Below, piece by piece: positions 31,375-41,577 of a stretch of DNA of 64,000 nucleotides. Below the pieces are notes generated by a model that saw only the letters and a program-made list of their open reading frames with translations, did no database searches and was not told the origin of the DNA. Numbering within the stretch: position 1 is the first letter of the stretch; every line of letters starts with the position of its first letter. This DNA is from an uncultured Methanosarcinales archaeon (lineage in GTDB: Archaea > Nanobdellota > Nanobdellia > Woesearchaeales > JACPIF01), in assembly GCA_964602245.1 (NCBI GenBank), contig CAZRPY010000001.1:88246-152245 (forward strand), given 5' to 3'. A program made the position numbers and the translations under genes.

Positions 31375-31864
31375 CTGGATTACACATATATTAATTGGTT
31401 TAATAATTGCTGAGATTTTCAATATTAAGAGGAAGAGTTTAATTGTTATTGGAGCGATATTGCCGGATATTTTAGTTAAACTTGAGTTATTGAGTGTGTT
31501 TTTTCCAGTTGATAAGTATGCAATTACATGGCTATTTAATCCATTGCATACTCCACTAGGGATGGCACTGTTTTCATTGCTTTTAGTTCCTTTGTTTAAT
31601 TTTGATAAATATAAGACTTATTTTCTGTTATTTATAGGCTGGTGTTCTCATTTATTATCTGATTTGATCAATAAACATATTTTGCTAGGCCAAAATTTAT
31701 TGCTCTTTCCTTTTTCATGGCAGAACTTTGAGCTAGGTTTAGTATGGCCTGATCAATATTATTTAATTCTGGTTCCAGTTGCAGCAATATATGCAATAAT
31801 ACTAATTCATAAGTATTATAAAAACAGTAAAAATACGAGGAAAGGTAAAAGGCTGAAAATATGA
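31367..31864 (+). CDS. Membrane-bound metal-dependent hydrolase (YdjM-like)
   Basis: MPDWITH, ILPD, LHT, SHLLSD, FPF. Confidence 0.8.
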   Translation: MPDWITHILIGLIIAEIFNIKRKSLIVIGAILPDILVKLELLSVFFPVDKYAITWLFNPLHTPLGMALFSLLLVPLFNFDKYKTYFLLFIGWCSHLLSDLINKHILLGQNLLLFPFSWQNFELGLVWPDQYYLILVPVAAIYAIILIHKYYKNSKNTRKGKRLKI

Positions 31865-32745
31865 ACATTATAGTTACAATACCTGCCTATAACGAAGAGT
31901 TTACAATTGGTAAGGTTATACAGGATATAAAGAAAATAATGTCTGCAAATAGATATAGCTACAAAATATTAGTTGTGGATGATGGCAGCACAGATAAAAC
32001 TGTAGAGATTGCTAGAAAAGCTGGAGCAATAGTTTACTCTCATCCTAAGAACTATGGACTTGCAGAGACTTTTAAGACAGAGGTTGAGCAATGCTTGAAA
32101 CTTAATGCTGACATTATAGTGCATACTGACGCAGATGGGCAATATCTGGCAGAGGATATACCTAAGCTGATAAAAGATGTGGAGAAGGGTAATGATTTAG
32201 TTTTAGGCTCAAGATTTCTAGGAAAGATAGAAGAGATGCCTTGGCTTAAAAGATTTGGGAATAGATTTTTTAGCAGGATTATTTCAGGTGTTGCTAGGCT
32301 AAAGATTAATGATGCACAGACAGGGTTTAGAGCTTTTACCAGGAAAGTTGCTGAGAAATTGCCAATTACTTCAAATTTTACTTATACACAAGAGCAGATA
32401 ATCAGGGCTGTGAGGGCTAAGTTTAGGATTAAGGAAGTTCCTGTTTACTTTGCAAAAAGGAGGAATGGCCAGAGTAGATTAGTAAAAAGTCCATTTGATT
32501 ATGCTTTAAGATCAACAATAAGCATTCTGAGGATTTACAGGGATTATGAGCCTTTGAAATTTTTCTGGAGTGTTGGCGGAACATTTTTTTTGCTTGGCTT
32601 AGGAGTTGGTAGCTGGTTGCTTTATCTTTTTGTTAGATATGGAAGTATTGGGCATGTTCCATTAACTATTTTAAGTGCTTTGTTAATGCTGATTGGTGTG
32701 CAGATAATGCTGTTTGGATTCCTTGCTGATATTTTAAGGAGATAA
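31861..32745 (+). CDS. GT2, DPM-like with two C-terminal TMs
   Basis: PAYNE, DDGSTD, DADGQY, GSRF, DAQTGFRA. Confidence 0.9.
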   Translation: MNIIVTIPAYNEEFTIGKVIQDIKKIMSANRYSYKILVVDDGSTDKTVEIARKAGAIVYSHPKNYGLAETFKTEVEQCLKLNADIIVHTDADGQYLAEDIPKLIKDVEKGNDLVLGSRFLGKIEEMPWLKRFGNRFFSRIISGVARLKINDAQTGFRAFTRKVAEKLPITSNFTYTQEQIIRAVRAKFRIKEVPVYFAKRRNGQSRLVKSPFDYALRSTISILRIYRDYEPLKFFWSVGGTFFLLGLGVGSWLLYLFVRYGSIGHVPLTILSALLMLIGVQIMLFGFLADILRR

Positions 32746-32755
32746 ATATTTCAAA

Positions 32756-33709
32756 ATGAAAAAGGTAGTTGAGGTTCTTGTAAAAATCATAGTCGGGGTT
32801 GCACTTATCTCTTATTTATTTTATAAGATAGGGGTTCAGCAAATAATAGAGATATTGCCAAAAATGAATATTTTTTATTTTTCTTTGTTTCTGGTTTCTT
32901 TCTTTGCCTCACTTGCATTAGGGATATTTAATATAAAAATATTATTAGATGGCTTAGGATATGATTTGACTTTTAAGAGAGTTGCAAAATATTATACTGC
33001 AAGCTGGGCAATTGGTTTATATGCTCCAGGAAAGCTTGGAGAGTTTTCTTTGGTTTACTTATTGAAAAGAGAGAAGATTGGGATGGGACAGAGCATGGCT
33101 ATAGCTGTGCTTGATAAGATGATAACTTTTATTGTGTTTAGCTTGTTTTCTGTGATAGGATTTATAGTTTTTCTGACATTGACTGAATCGTTATGGCTGT
33201 TGATGGTTATTTTAAGTTTGTTAATTATTGCACTATTTTTTATGTTATCTGAGTTTGGAAGAAACTTAGTTAGGAAATATCTGCTAAGGAGATTTTCAGG
33301 AAAATTTAGTGGATTTTATGTAACTGTTAAGATGTTTATTAAGGAGAAAAAAATATTATTAGTTTATAATTTATTATTAACTGTGGTAAAACTTTTACTT
33401 ATGGCGTTATCAATTTTCTTATTATTTTTGTCATTTGATACGTTAGTGCCATTTATTTATACTATGCTTATAATAGCAATAGGAACGATTATTTCTTTAG
33501 TACCAATAACATTTTCTGGATTTGGTGTTAGAGAGGCTGCTTCTGTTTACCTGTTTTCAAAGCTTGGAATTAGTGCTGCTGTAACATTGACTGTTTTTCT
33601 GATAGCCTTAATAACAAATTTCATAATATCTGCAATTGTTTTGTTCATTGTGATAAAGAAGATGAGGTTGTATGAGGAGTTAAAGGAGGCGAGGGAGATT
33701 TTTAGGTGA
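32756..33709 (+). CDS. Flippase-like membrane protein (LPG-synthase TM/UPF0104)
   Basis: PGKLGE, PITFSGFGVRE. Confidence 0.85.
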   Translation: MKKVVEVLVKIIVGVALISYLFYKIGVQQIIEILPKMNIFYFSLFLVSFFASLALGIFNIKILLDGLGYDLTFKRVAKYYTASWAIGLYAPGKLGEFSLVYLLKREKIGMGQSMAIAVLDKMITFIVFSLFSVIGFIVFLTLTESLWLLMVILSLLIIALFFMLSEFGRNLVRKYLLRRFSGKFSGFYVTVKMFIKEKKILLVYNLLLTVVKLLLMALSIFLLFLSFDTLVPFIYTMLIIAIGTIISLVPITFSGFGVREAASVYLFSKLGISAAVTLTVFLIALITNFIISAIVLFIVIKKMRLYEELKEAREIFR

Positions 33710-33711
33710 TA

Positions 33712-35397
33712 TCACTTAGTCACCAAATAATTACCTATTGCAAGATAGTCCATTCCTGAGCCGAAGAAGTCTTTTATTGCCTCTTCTGGCTTGTTGACAA
33801 TTGGTTCTCCTGCTAAGTTGTAGGAGGTATTTAATAAAACTGGAGTTCCTGTTAACTTGCCAAATTTCTTTATTAAATCATAGTATAAAGGATTATGTTT
33901 TCTTTCTAATGTCTGAGGTCTAGTTGTTCCATCAACATGAATACCTGCTGTTACCTCTTTCCTTCTATCTTCAGGAACATCGTCAATCATTATCATGAAA
34001 GGTGATTTAAAACCATGTGCCAAGTATTTGTCTTTATCTTCATGCAACATTGAGAGTGCAAATGGGCGCCATAATTCACGGTTCTTTACATAGTAATTGA
34101 CTTTGAATATCATATCTTTATCTGAAGGATCAACTAAAATGCTGCGGGAGCCTAAGGCTCTTGGACCAACTTCCATCCTGCCCTGGAACCAACCAATTAT
34201 CTTGTTTTTAGCAAGCAGCTCTGATGTAACTCCTGCTATATCTTTGTAGAATTTGTATTTGGTTTTGCATTTATCGAGAATTTTCTTTATCTCTTCATTA
34301 CTGTACTCAGTGCCTAAGAAGACATGCTCTATTGGCTCTGGACGTTTTCCAGTTAATTGGTTATAGACAACCATTGCTGCACCCATTGCTGCTCCTGAGT
34401 CTGTTGCAGCTGGTTGAATGTAAATATTATCAACATAATCTTGCTGACCAATCAAGCCATTCATCTTTGCATTTAAAGCTACACCACCTGCAAGGCAAAT
34501 GTTTTTGCAACCAGTTCTTTCATACAGCATTTTTGACATATGCAAGCCAATGTCTTCAGTTTTTTTCTGCAAAGATGCTGCGATATGCTCATAATGATTG
34601 TTAATTGCTGGCTCATTAGTCCTTGGCTTTCCTAGAAGCTTAATTGTATCCTGAGTAAACCATCTTGCTTTTGCCCTGCCCCATTCTTCAATATGACCCC
34701 AGATATATTTTGGATTAGTCTTAAAACCATTTTTTGTTGGCCAGATTATTTTGTCAAATTCTTTTCTGAATTTATCCTTGCCATATGGAGCTAAGCCCAT
34801 TACTTTGCCTTCACCATCATTTGGGCTGAAGTTAAGGAAATCTGTTATTGCAGTATAAGTAACACCAACTGAATGTGGAAGTGGAACTTCACCAAATTTT
34901 TCTATCTCAGAATTATTGCCAATGCCATATAAGCTAGATACAAGCTCACCTCTACCATCTAATGTCAGGATGTTAGCTTTCTTGAAGTCAGAGCCGTAAA
35001 AGGCTGAGGCTGCATGTGTAAGATGGTGATTAATAAAATGTACTTTTGCATTAGCTTCCTTTCCTAGCTTTAAAACTTCTCTGTCATTCATCTTAAATAA
35101 GTATAAAGCTCCAAAGAATTTCCAGGGCTTCCAGATAAGTTTGTTGAAATATGGCTGGAATTTCCAGGGCTTTCTAATAAAGAGATTTTGGTTAATATAG
35201 TAAGCAATATGGTCAACATATTGAAGCTTAATACCTGTTTGCTTTAAACAGAATTCAATTGCCTTGTAAGGAAATGAATGTGGGGAATGCTTAATTCTAG
35301 TAAATCTTTCCTCCTCAGCCAAGGCTAGAACTTTACCATCTTTCATTATGCAAGCTGAGGTGTCATGATAAAAAGCGTTAATGCCTAGGATGTACAT
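33712..35397 (-). CDS. O-carbamoyltransferase (NodU/CmcH family)
   Basis: HDTSA, EEERFTRIKH, HHLTHAAS, EGKVMGLAPYG, GPRALGSRS. Confidence 0.93.
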   Translation of the reverse strand: MYILGINAFYHDTSACIMKDGKVLALAEEERFTRIKHSPHSFPYKAIEFCLKQTGIKLQYVDHIAYYINQNLFIRKPWKFQPYFNKLIWKPWKFFGALYLFKMNDREVLKLGKEANAKVHFINHHLTHAASAFYGSDFKKANILTLDGRGELVSSLYGIGNNSEIEKFGEVPLPHSVGVTYTAITDFLNFSPNDGEGKVMGLAPYGKDKFRKEFDKIIWPTKNGFKTNPKYIWGHIEEWGRAKARWFTQDTIKLLGKPRTNEPAINNHYEHIAASLQKKTEDIGLHMSKMLYERTGCKNICLAGGVALNAKMNGLIGQQDYVDNIYIQPAATDSGAAMGAAMVVYNQLTGKRPEPIEHVFLGTEYSNEEIKKILDKCKTKYKFYKDIAGVTSELLAKNKIIGWFQGRMEVGPRALGSRSILVDPSDKDMIFKVNYYVKNRELWRPFALSMLHEDKDKYLAHGFKSPFMIMIDDVPEDRRKEVTAGIHVDGTTRPQTLERKHNPLYYDLIKKFGKLTGTPVLLNTSYNLAGEPIVNKPEEAIKDFFGSGMDYLAIGNYLVTK

Positions 35398-35580
35398 TGA
35401 ATCACCTAAAGCCAAAATTAATGGCTTGTTTATTAAAATCTTATTGATTTATGGCTTATATCTAAGGAATAATAGCGTGATAGAGCCTATTAAGAGGTTA
35501 TTTAAAGGTTATGAACATTACAGTAGAAAGGTTTATAAAGCAAATTAAGTCTTTTAATCACTATAGTTAATTGGCTTAAA

Positions 35581-37014
35581 ATGAAGGTCTTGCTTGTTAA
35601 TCCAATAATAAGGGCATCTGAATTTCCACCTAGCAGGTTTCCATTAGGCTTAGCCTATATTGCTTCTGCATTACTTGATAAAGGGCATGAGATTGAAGTT
35701 CTAGACCTTAATATGAATAGATTACCAGAAGAAGAGATTAAAAGAAGAATTAAGGCAAGTAGATTTGATGCTGTTGGCTTAACTGGAATGATAACTGAGT
35801 ATCAGCAGATTAAGTATCTTTCTGCTTTAATTAAAGAAATAAGGCCTGATGCTAAGATTATTCTTGGAGGAAGTGGTGGAACTTCAGTGCCTGAATTAGT
35901 GCTTAGGAAAACTAAAGTAGACATTATTGTTATTAGTGAAGGTATAGACACAACAGTTGAGCTTGCTGATTTTCTTGAGAGAGGTAAAGATATTAAAGAT
36001 ATAAGAGGGATTTATTATAAGGATGAAGAAGGAAAGATACATATAACATTGCCAAGAGCGCCAATTAAAGAGGTTGATAAGATATTATTTCCAGCAAGAG
36101 AAGAGTTTGATTTTGAGAAATACATACAACCTTCTAATTTAAGGATATTTAACAGTAAGATAAGAACTACTAATGTAATTGGAAGCTATGGATGTCCTTA
36201 CAGATGTACTTACTGTTATCACCAATTGTTTGGATATGATTTTAGAGGAAGAAGCCCTGCTAATTTAGTTGAGGAGCTAAGAATGCTTTATGATGACTAT
36301 AAAGTTAATGGGATTATTTTTAATGATGATGAGTTTGTCATGGATAAAGGCAGGGTGCATGAGATTTGTGATGAGATTAAGAAAGAGAAGCTGGATGTTT
36401 TATGGGGGCAGAATGGAAGAGTGAATTTAATGGATGATGAATTGCTAGCTAATATGTATTCAGCTGGATGCAGGTTTTCTTGTTATGGTATTGAATCTGG
36501 TAGCCAGTTAATTTTGAATGAGATTAAGAAGGGTGTTAGAGTTGAGCAGGCTAAAGAGGCTGTATTGAAGACATGGGAATCTGGGATGCTGCCTCATGGT
36601 TATTTGATAATTGGCTCGTTTTCTGAAACTCCTGAAACAGTTATGGATACTATTAAGTTTTGTCATGAGACTTCACTGATTGGACAATTTTCATTTATGA
36701 CTCCTTTGCCTAATACACATCTATATCAGCAAGCAAGGCAGATGGGAAGATTAAAGCAGAGTGATGAATGGCTGCTTGAGAGATGGGGAGAGTGGAATGA
36801 GAAGTTAATAACTAATCTTTCTTTAATACCTGATAAAGAGCTTATTAGATTGAAAAGATGGGCTGAGAGAAAAATATTATTTGGAAATTTAACAGGAAAT
36901 GTCTGGCAGCACATGAAAATAATAAAGATGAGAAATATTATGAAAGAAGGTCTTACACTTGCAAAGAGATGGTACTTCAGAGAATATGAGCCTGCTGCGA
37001 GTGTGCCTGCTTAG
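35581..37014 (+). CDS. B12-binding radical SAM enzyme
   Basis: PLGLAYIA, GCPYRCTYC, GIESG. Confidence 0.9.
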   Translation: MKVLLVNPIIRASEFPPSRFPLGLAYIASALLDKGHEIEVLDLNMNRLPEEEIKRRIKASRFDAVGLTGMITEYQQIKYLSALIKEIRPDAKIILGGSGGTSVPELVLRKTKVDIIVISEGIDTTVELADFLERGKDIKDIRGIYYKDEEGKIHITLPRAPIKEVDKILFPAREEFDFEKYIQPSNLRIFNSKIRTTNVIGSYGCPYRCTYCYHQLFGYDFRGRSPANLVEELRMLYDDYKVNGIIFNDDEFVMDKGRVHEICDEIKKEKLDVLWGQNGRVNLMDDELLANMYSAGCRFSCYGIESGSQLILNEIKKGVRVEQAKEAVLKTWESGMLPHGYLIIGSFSETPETVMDTIKFCHETSLIGQFSFMTPLPNTHLYQQARQMGRLKQSDEWLLERWGEWNEKLITNLSLIPDKELIRLKRWAERKILFGNLTGNVWQHMKIIKMRNIMKEGLTLAKRWYFREYEPAASVPA

Positions 37015-37071
37015 TTCTGTTTCAATTTTTGGCACAAAATTTAAAAAGCATATGTTATTTTTACTATATTT

Positions 37072-37524
37072 ATGGAAAAACCTAATCCACCGAATGGCTG
37101 GAATGTTATAGATTTCCTATATAAAGGTGCATCTGCTGCACATTATGAAGATGATGATAGCGTATTTACTCTAGAGAAAATTGCAGGGAAGAATCCTCAA
37201 TGTCCAGATCTTGTATTTTTAGAAGTTAGGGGAGGAATTGATACGGCTACTGCTGAGAGGCTTAAGACAAGACCAGTAGAAAATTGCTTTAATGTCTATA
37301 GGAGAGTTGATGGTAATGTTGAAGCTATAGACCCATTAATTCCGACGGCTCAAAGAGGGATTGAATACTGTATCATGGTTGCTGACAAATATATGGACGC
37401 GCAATTAGATGATATACCAGGGGCTCGCGAAAAGTTCTATGAGACTATGAAAGAAATAATTAGACTTGCTAAAGAAAGAGGTACTGAAATACGAGACATA
37501 AGAACAGGAGAAAGGCTTATTTGA
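37072..37524 (+). CDS. Hypothetical protein
   Basis: 150-aa ORF with its own TATA-like element; no family recognised. Confidence 0.6.
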   Translation: MEKPNPPNGWNVIDFLYKGASAAHYEDDDSVFTLEKIAGKNPQCPDLVFLEVRGGIDTATAERLKTRPVENCFNVYRRVDGNVEAIDPLIPTAQRGIEYCIMVADKYMDAQLDDIPGAREKFYETMKEIIRLAKERGTEIRDIRTGERLI

Positions 37525-38577
37525 TCACAAATACTTCTCCACCTCTTCCATCACATCCTCATCCGTAATCTTCTCTAGGCTTTCTTTGTAGTTGCCTTTG
37601 GGGTTTGGGTTTGTAGAGTAGAAAGGATATTTAATTAATATTGGGCTTTTCTGGATAACAGAGACTTTCTTGCCATAGGGTTTTGTTCTATTAGGGTTGG
37701 CTGGGCCAAATAAGGCAATTACTGGAACTTGTTTGGCTGCTGCAATATGGCCTAGCCCTGAATCTGTGGAAATAAATAACTTACAATGCCAGATTAAAGC
37801 TGCATTTTGTTTTAAGGTATTGTCTTTAACTATAGTTACTTTATCTCTTGCACTGACATTTTTTAGTATTTCTAATGCTAAGCCTTTCTCATCAGGACCT
37901 TCAAATAATAATATTCTGGATTTGTCATATTTTTCTAAGATTTGATTAATTAGTTCGTTAAATCTTTCTTTGGGCCATCTTCTATAAAGTGCAGTTTTGC
38001 TTGTGCCAGGATGGATGCCTATTAATGCAAATTTGTTTAATGCATTTTTCTTAATAAAATCTAAAGCATATTTCTCATCTTCTTTTGAGGTTTCAAATAT
38101 TAGCTCTCTTTTTTCCTTATCTGTATTAATACCTAAATGTTCTATTAGATTGATGTTATTTTCAACGTCGTGCAATTTCTCTTCTGCAATTATAAGATCG
38201 TTTTGCAAAAAGCTTAGTCTGTTTCCTACTTTATACTTGTGAGTCAATCTTCTTTTAGCTCCTACTAGAAATGCAAATAAATTAAATTCATATCTGTTAG
38301 AGGGCATTGCTGTTATTGAAATATCATATTTTTCTTTTCTTAGCCTCCAAAGTAGCTTTATCCTGTTAAATATGCTGCCATTAAAAACTATTATTTTATC
38401 TATAAATTTACTATTGCTCATACATTCTGCGAAGCTTTTTTCTCTAACTAATAATGTAATTTCTGCTTTTGATAAATTCTTTCTTAATATTCTTAAAGCA
38501 GGTGTAAAAAGGATAGTATTGCCTATGCCTGACAAGCAGAAGATAATTATTTTTAGCTTTAGGTTCTTAAGTTCCAT
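37525..38577 (-). CDS. Glycosyltransferase family 9
   Basis: GIGNTILFTP, HPGTS..RRWP, TDSGLGHIAAA, LFGP. Confidence 0.9.
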   Translation of the reverse strand: MELKNLKLKIIIFCLSGIGNTILFTPALRILRKNLSKAEITLLVREKSFAECMSNSKFIDKIIVFNGSIFNRIKLLWRLRKEKYDISITAMPSNRYEFNLFAFLVGAKRRLTHKYKVGNRLSFLQNDLIIAEEKLHDVENNINLIEHLGINTDKEKRELIFETSKEDEKYALDFIKKNALNKFALIGIHPGTSKTALYRRWPKERFNELINQILEKYDKSRILLFEGPDEKGLALEILKNVSARDKVTIVKDNTLKQNAALIWHCKLFISTDSGLGHIAAAKQVPVIALFGPANPNRTKPYGKKVSVIQKSPILIKYPFYSTNPNPKGNYKESLEKITDEDVMEEVEKYL

Positions 38578-38602
38578 ATAAGAAAAGAACTTTAAAGCAT
38601 TA

Positions 38603-39544
38603 TTAAGCTTTACTCATCTCTTGTCTAAAATATTCTATTGTTTTAGCTAAACCTTCTGTAAGCCCTACTTTTGGCTGCCAGTCTAGCCCTTTACTAGATT
38701 TAGCAATGTCTGGACATCTGACATGAGGATCATCTACAGGCAATGGCTTAAATACTATCTTGCTTTTGCTTTTTGTTAATTTAATTATCTCCTGAGAAAA
38801 TTCTAGAACTGTCATTTCATCTGGATTGCCTAAATTTACAGGATCATTTATCTTGGAATTCATTAATTTATAGATTCCATCAATTAAATCTGAGACATAG
38901 CAGAAGCTTCTTGTCTGCTTTCCATCTCCAAAAACTGTTATGTCTTGGTTTCTTAGAGCTTGGTTGATAAAAGCTGGGACTACTCTGCCATCATCTGCTC
39001 GCATTTTTTCTCCGTAAGTATTAAATATTCTAGCGATTTTTGTATCTATCTTATGAATTCTATGATATGCCATTGTAAGTGCTTCTGCAAATCTCTTGGA
39101 TTCATCGTAGCATCCTCTTAACCCAATAGGATTAACATTACCCCAGTAAGTTTCTGACTGTGGGTTTACTAACGGATCACCATAGACTTCTGAGGTTGAT
39201 GCTAGCATGAAAACTGCTTTCTTATCTTTAGCTAAGCCTAATAAGTTGTGAGTGCCTAGAGCTCCTGCTTTTAAAGTTTGGATTGGAATTTTCTGATAAT
39301 CAATAGGAGAGGCTGGAGAGGCGAAATGCAGAACAAAGTTTAACTTGCCTTCAACTGAGACATGCTTGGAAACATCATGGTCGACATAAGAGAATCTCTT
39401 ATGGCCCATTAAATGCTGTATATTTTTTAGGTTACCTGTTATTAAATTGTCCATGCAGATTACTTCATGTCCTGTAGCGAGCAGGAACTCGCATAAATGA
39501 CTGCCAATAAAACCTGCTCCTCCAGTAATAAGTATCCTTGTCAT
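38603..39544 (-). CDS. uxs: UDP-glucuronate decarboxylase (UDP-xylose synthase)-like
   Basis: [34 protein letters not shown]. Confidence 0.88.
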   Translation of the reverse strand: MTRILITGGAGFIGSHLCEFLLATGHEVICMDNLITGNLKNIQHLMGHKRFSYVDHDVSKHVSVEGKLNFVLHFASPASPIDYQKIPIQTLKAGALGTHNLLGLAKDKKAVFMLASTSEVYGDPLVNPQSETYWGNVNPIGLRGCYDESKRFAEALTMAYHRIHKIDTKIARIFNTYGEKMRADDGRVVPAFINQALRNQDITVFGDGKQTRSFCYVSDLIDGIYKLMNSKINDPVNLGNPDEMTVLEFSQEIIKLTKSKSKIVFKPLPVDDPHVRCPDIAKSSKGLDWQPKVGLTEGLAKTIEYFRQEMSKA

Positions 39545-40281
39545 TTGAAACCTTTGAATTCGTTCTTTGCTGTCTCCAAAGCCTCTTTCCAGCCTACATC
39601 AAACCATTTTTCATTAAAGATTTTACCATATACAGGCTCTCTTCCTATAAGCCATATCATGAAATAGCCCATTTTATCAGCATTATTTCCATCATTGAGG
39701 TATTTTTCAATTAAATTAATTTTTTCTTTTGGAAAGAAGTAAGCGCCTTGAGAAATTAAAGTGGTTTTTGGCGTTGGAGATTTTTCCATAAACTCAATAA
39801 ATTTTCCGTCTTCATCAATAACTACAGTGCCTTGCTCCTGAGCAACCTTAATTGATTTTGAATCGTGTAAGGGATTGACAATAGCCTTTCGTTTCTTGAA
39901 TTCTTCAAACGCTGTCTTAAGTGAAAAATTAAAAAGATTATCCCCTGCAACGATTAAAAGGTCATCATTAATTTCTGCCTTTTCTAGAACGAAACTGATG
40001 TCGCCAATCTGGCCGAGTCTATTTTCATTTGAAGTTGTTTCATCATTATAAAGAGTTACTGGAACCTTACATTTGAAGGATTTGAGCCATTCCTGGAAGA
40101 TGCTGTGGAATTTCTGATTAGTTACTATATAAATATGGTTGACTTCTTCAATTGTAAGAATATTATTAATGATATGTTCAATTATTGGCTTATCATTAAC
40201 TGGAATCAATGGCTTGGGAGTTTCTTGAGTAAGTGGCCAAAGCCTGGTTGCATATCCAGCTGCTGGGATTATTGCTTTCAT
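39541..40281 (-). CDS. Sugar-phosphate nucleotidyltransferase
   Basis: [27 protein letters not shown]. Confidence 0.88.
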   Translation of the reverse strand: MKAIIPAAGYATRLWPLTQETPKPLIPVNDKPIIEHIINNILTIEEVNHIYIVTNQKFHSIFQEWLKSFKCKVPVTLYNDETTSNENRLGQIGDISFVLEKAEINDDLLIVAGDNLFNFSLKTAFEEFKKRKAIVNPLHDSKSIKVAQEQGTVVIDEDGKFIEFMEKSPTPKTTLISQGAYFFPKEKINLIEKYLNDGNNADKMGYFMIWLIGREPVYGKIFNEKWFDVGWKEALETAKNEFKGFK

Positions 40282-40286
40282 AAGAA

Positions 40287-41576
40287 TCACCTACCAACTG
40301 AGATGTACTTAAATCCTAGTTGTTTCATTTTTAGAGGGTCAAATATATTTCTTCCATCTATAATTATTTTTGTTCTCATTAGATCTCTTATTTTTTCAAA
40401 ATTTAGCTCAGAGAATTCTTTCCATTCTGTAAGGATAAGCAAGGCATCTGAATTTTCTGCGACTTGATAAGGATTATCATAATATTCTACGCCTTGCAAG
40501 ACTTCTTTTGCCTTTTCCTCTGCCTTTGGGTCATAAGCTTTTATTATAGCACCTTCATGCTTTAAAGTGTTAATGATCTCTATTGAAGGAGCACTTCTCA
40601 TATCATCTGTATTAGGCTTGAAAGCCAAGCCAAGAACTCCTATGTTTTTGCCTTTAACAATCCATAGTGCTTTTTCCACTTTTCTTATGAAATCAAATTT
40701 CTGTAGTTCATTGATTTCTTCAACTGCTTTTAGCAACTTAAAGTTATAGCCGTATTTATCAGCGATTTTAATGAAAGCTGCAACATCTTTTGGAAAGCAA
40801 CTTCCACCGTAGCCAATACCTGCATTAAGGAATTGTCTGCCTATTCTTTTATCATAGCCCATGCCATCTGCAACTTTTGTAACATCTGCTCCCGTAAGTT
40901 CACAAATATCAGCTATTGCATTAATGAAAGATATTTTAGTTGCTAAGAAAGAATTTGAGGCATGTTTAATTATTTCTGCACTTCTTATATCTGTTATAAC
41001 TATTGGAGTGTTTAAAGGCTCATAGAGCTTTTTCATTAACTCTGCAGCCTTTTCAGATGATGTGCCTATGACAATCCTGTCTGGATGAAAAGTGTCATAA
41101 ACAGCGCTGCCTTCTCTTAAGAATTCTGGATTAGAGACAACATCAAAGGGAACATTATTTATATTATACATTTGTATGGTTTCAGCAACCTTCTCGCCAG
41201 TTTCTACTGGAACAGTACTTTTTTCTACTATAATCTTATAGCTATCTAAATGCTCTGCAATGCTTCTGGCAACATTTTCAACATAAGAAAGGTCTGATTC
41301 ACCACTTTCTTTTGAAGGAGTACCTACACAGATAAAAATAATATCGCTTTTCTTAATAGCCTCTTCCATATTTGTAATGAAGATAAGTCTTTTGGCTTTC
41401 ATGTTTTTATGAACTAATTCATCTAAGCCTGGCTCGTAAATAGGGATAATGCCTTTATTCAAGTTTGCAATCTTGTGCTCGTCTATATCAACGCCTACTA
41501 CGTCATGGCCGAGCTCCGAGAGCATGGCAGCAGTGGTGAGCCCTACGTATCCAATTCCTACGATTCCAATCTTCAT
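40287..41576 (-). CDS. ugd: UDP-glucose 6-dehydrogenase
   Basis: GIGYVG, KSTVP, SNPEFLREG, GYGGSCFPKD, FKPNTDD.R. Confidence 0.95.
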   Translation of the reverse strand: MKIGIVGIGYVGLTTAAMLSELGHDVVGVDIDEHKIANLNKGIIPIYEPGLDELVHKNMKAKRLIFITNMEEAIKKSDIIFICVGTPSKESGESDLSYVENVARSIAEHLDSYKIIVEKSTVPVETGEKVAETIQMYNINNVPFDVVSNPEFLREGSAVYDTFHPDRIVIGTSSEKAAELMKKLYEPLNTPIVITDIRSAEIIKHASNSFLATKISFINAIADICELTGADVTKVADGMGYDKRIGRQFLNAGIGYGGSCFPKDVAAFIKIADKYGYNFKLLKAVEEINELQKFDFIRKVEKALWIVKGKNIGVLGLAFKPNTDDMRSAPSIEIINTLKHEGAIIKAYDPKAEEKAKEVLQGVEYYDNPYQVAENSDALLILTEWKEFSELNFEKIRDLMRTKIIIDGRNIFDPLKMKQLGFKYISVGR

Positions 41577-41577
41577 T

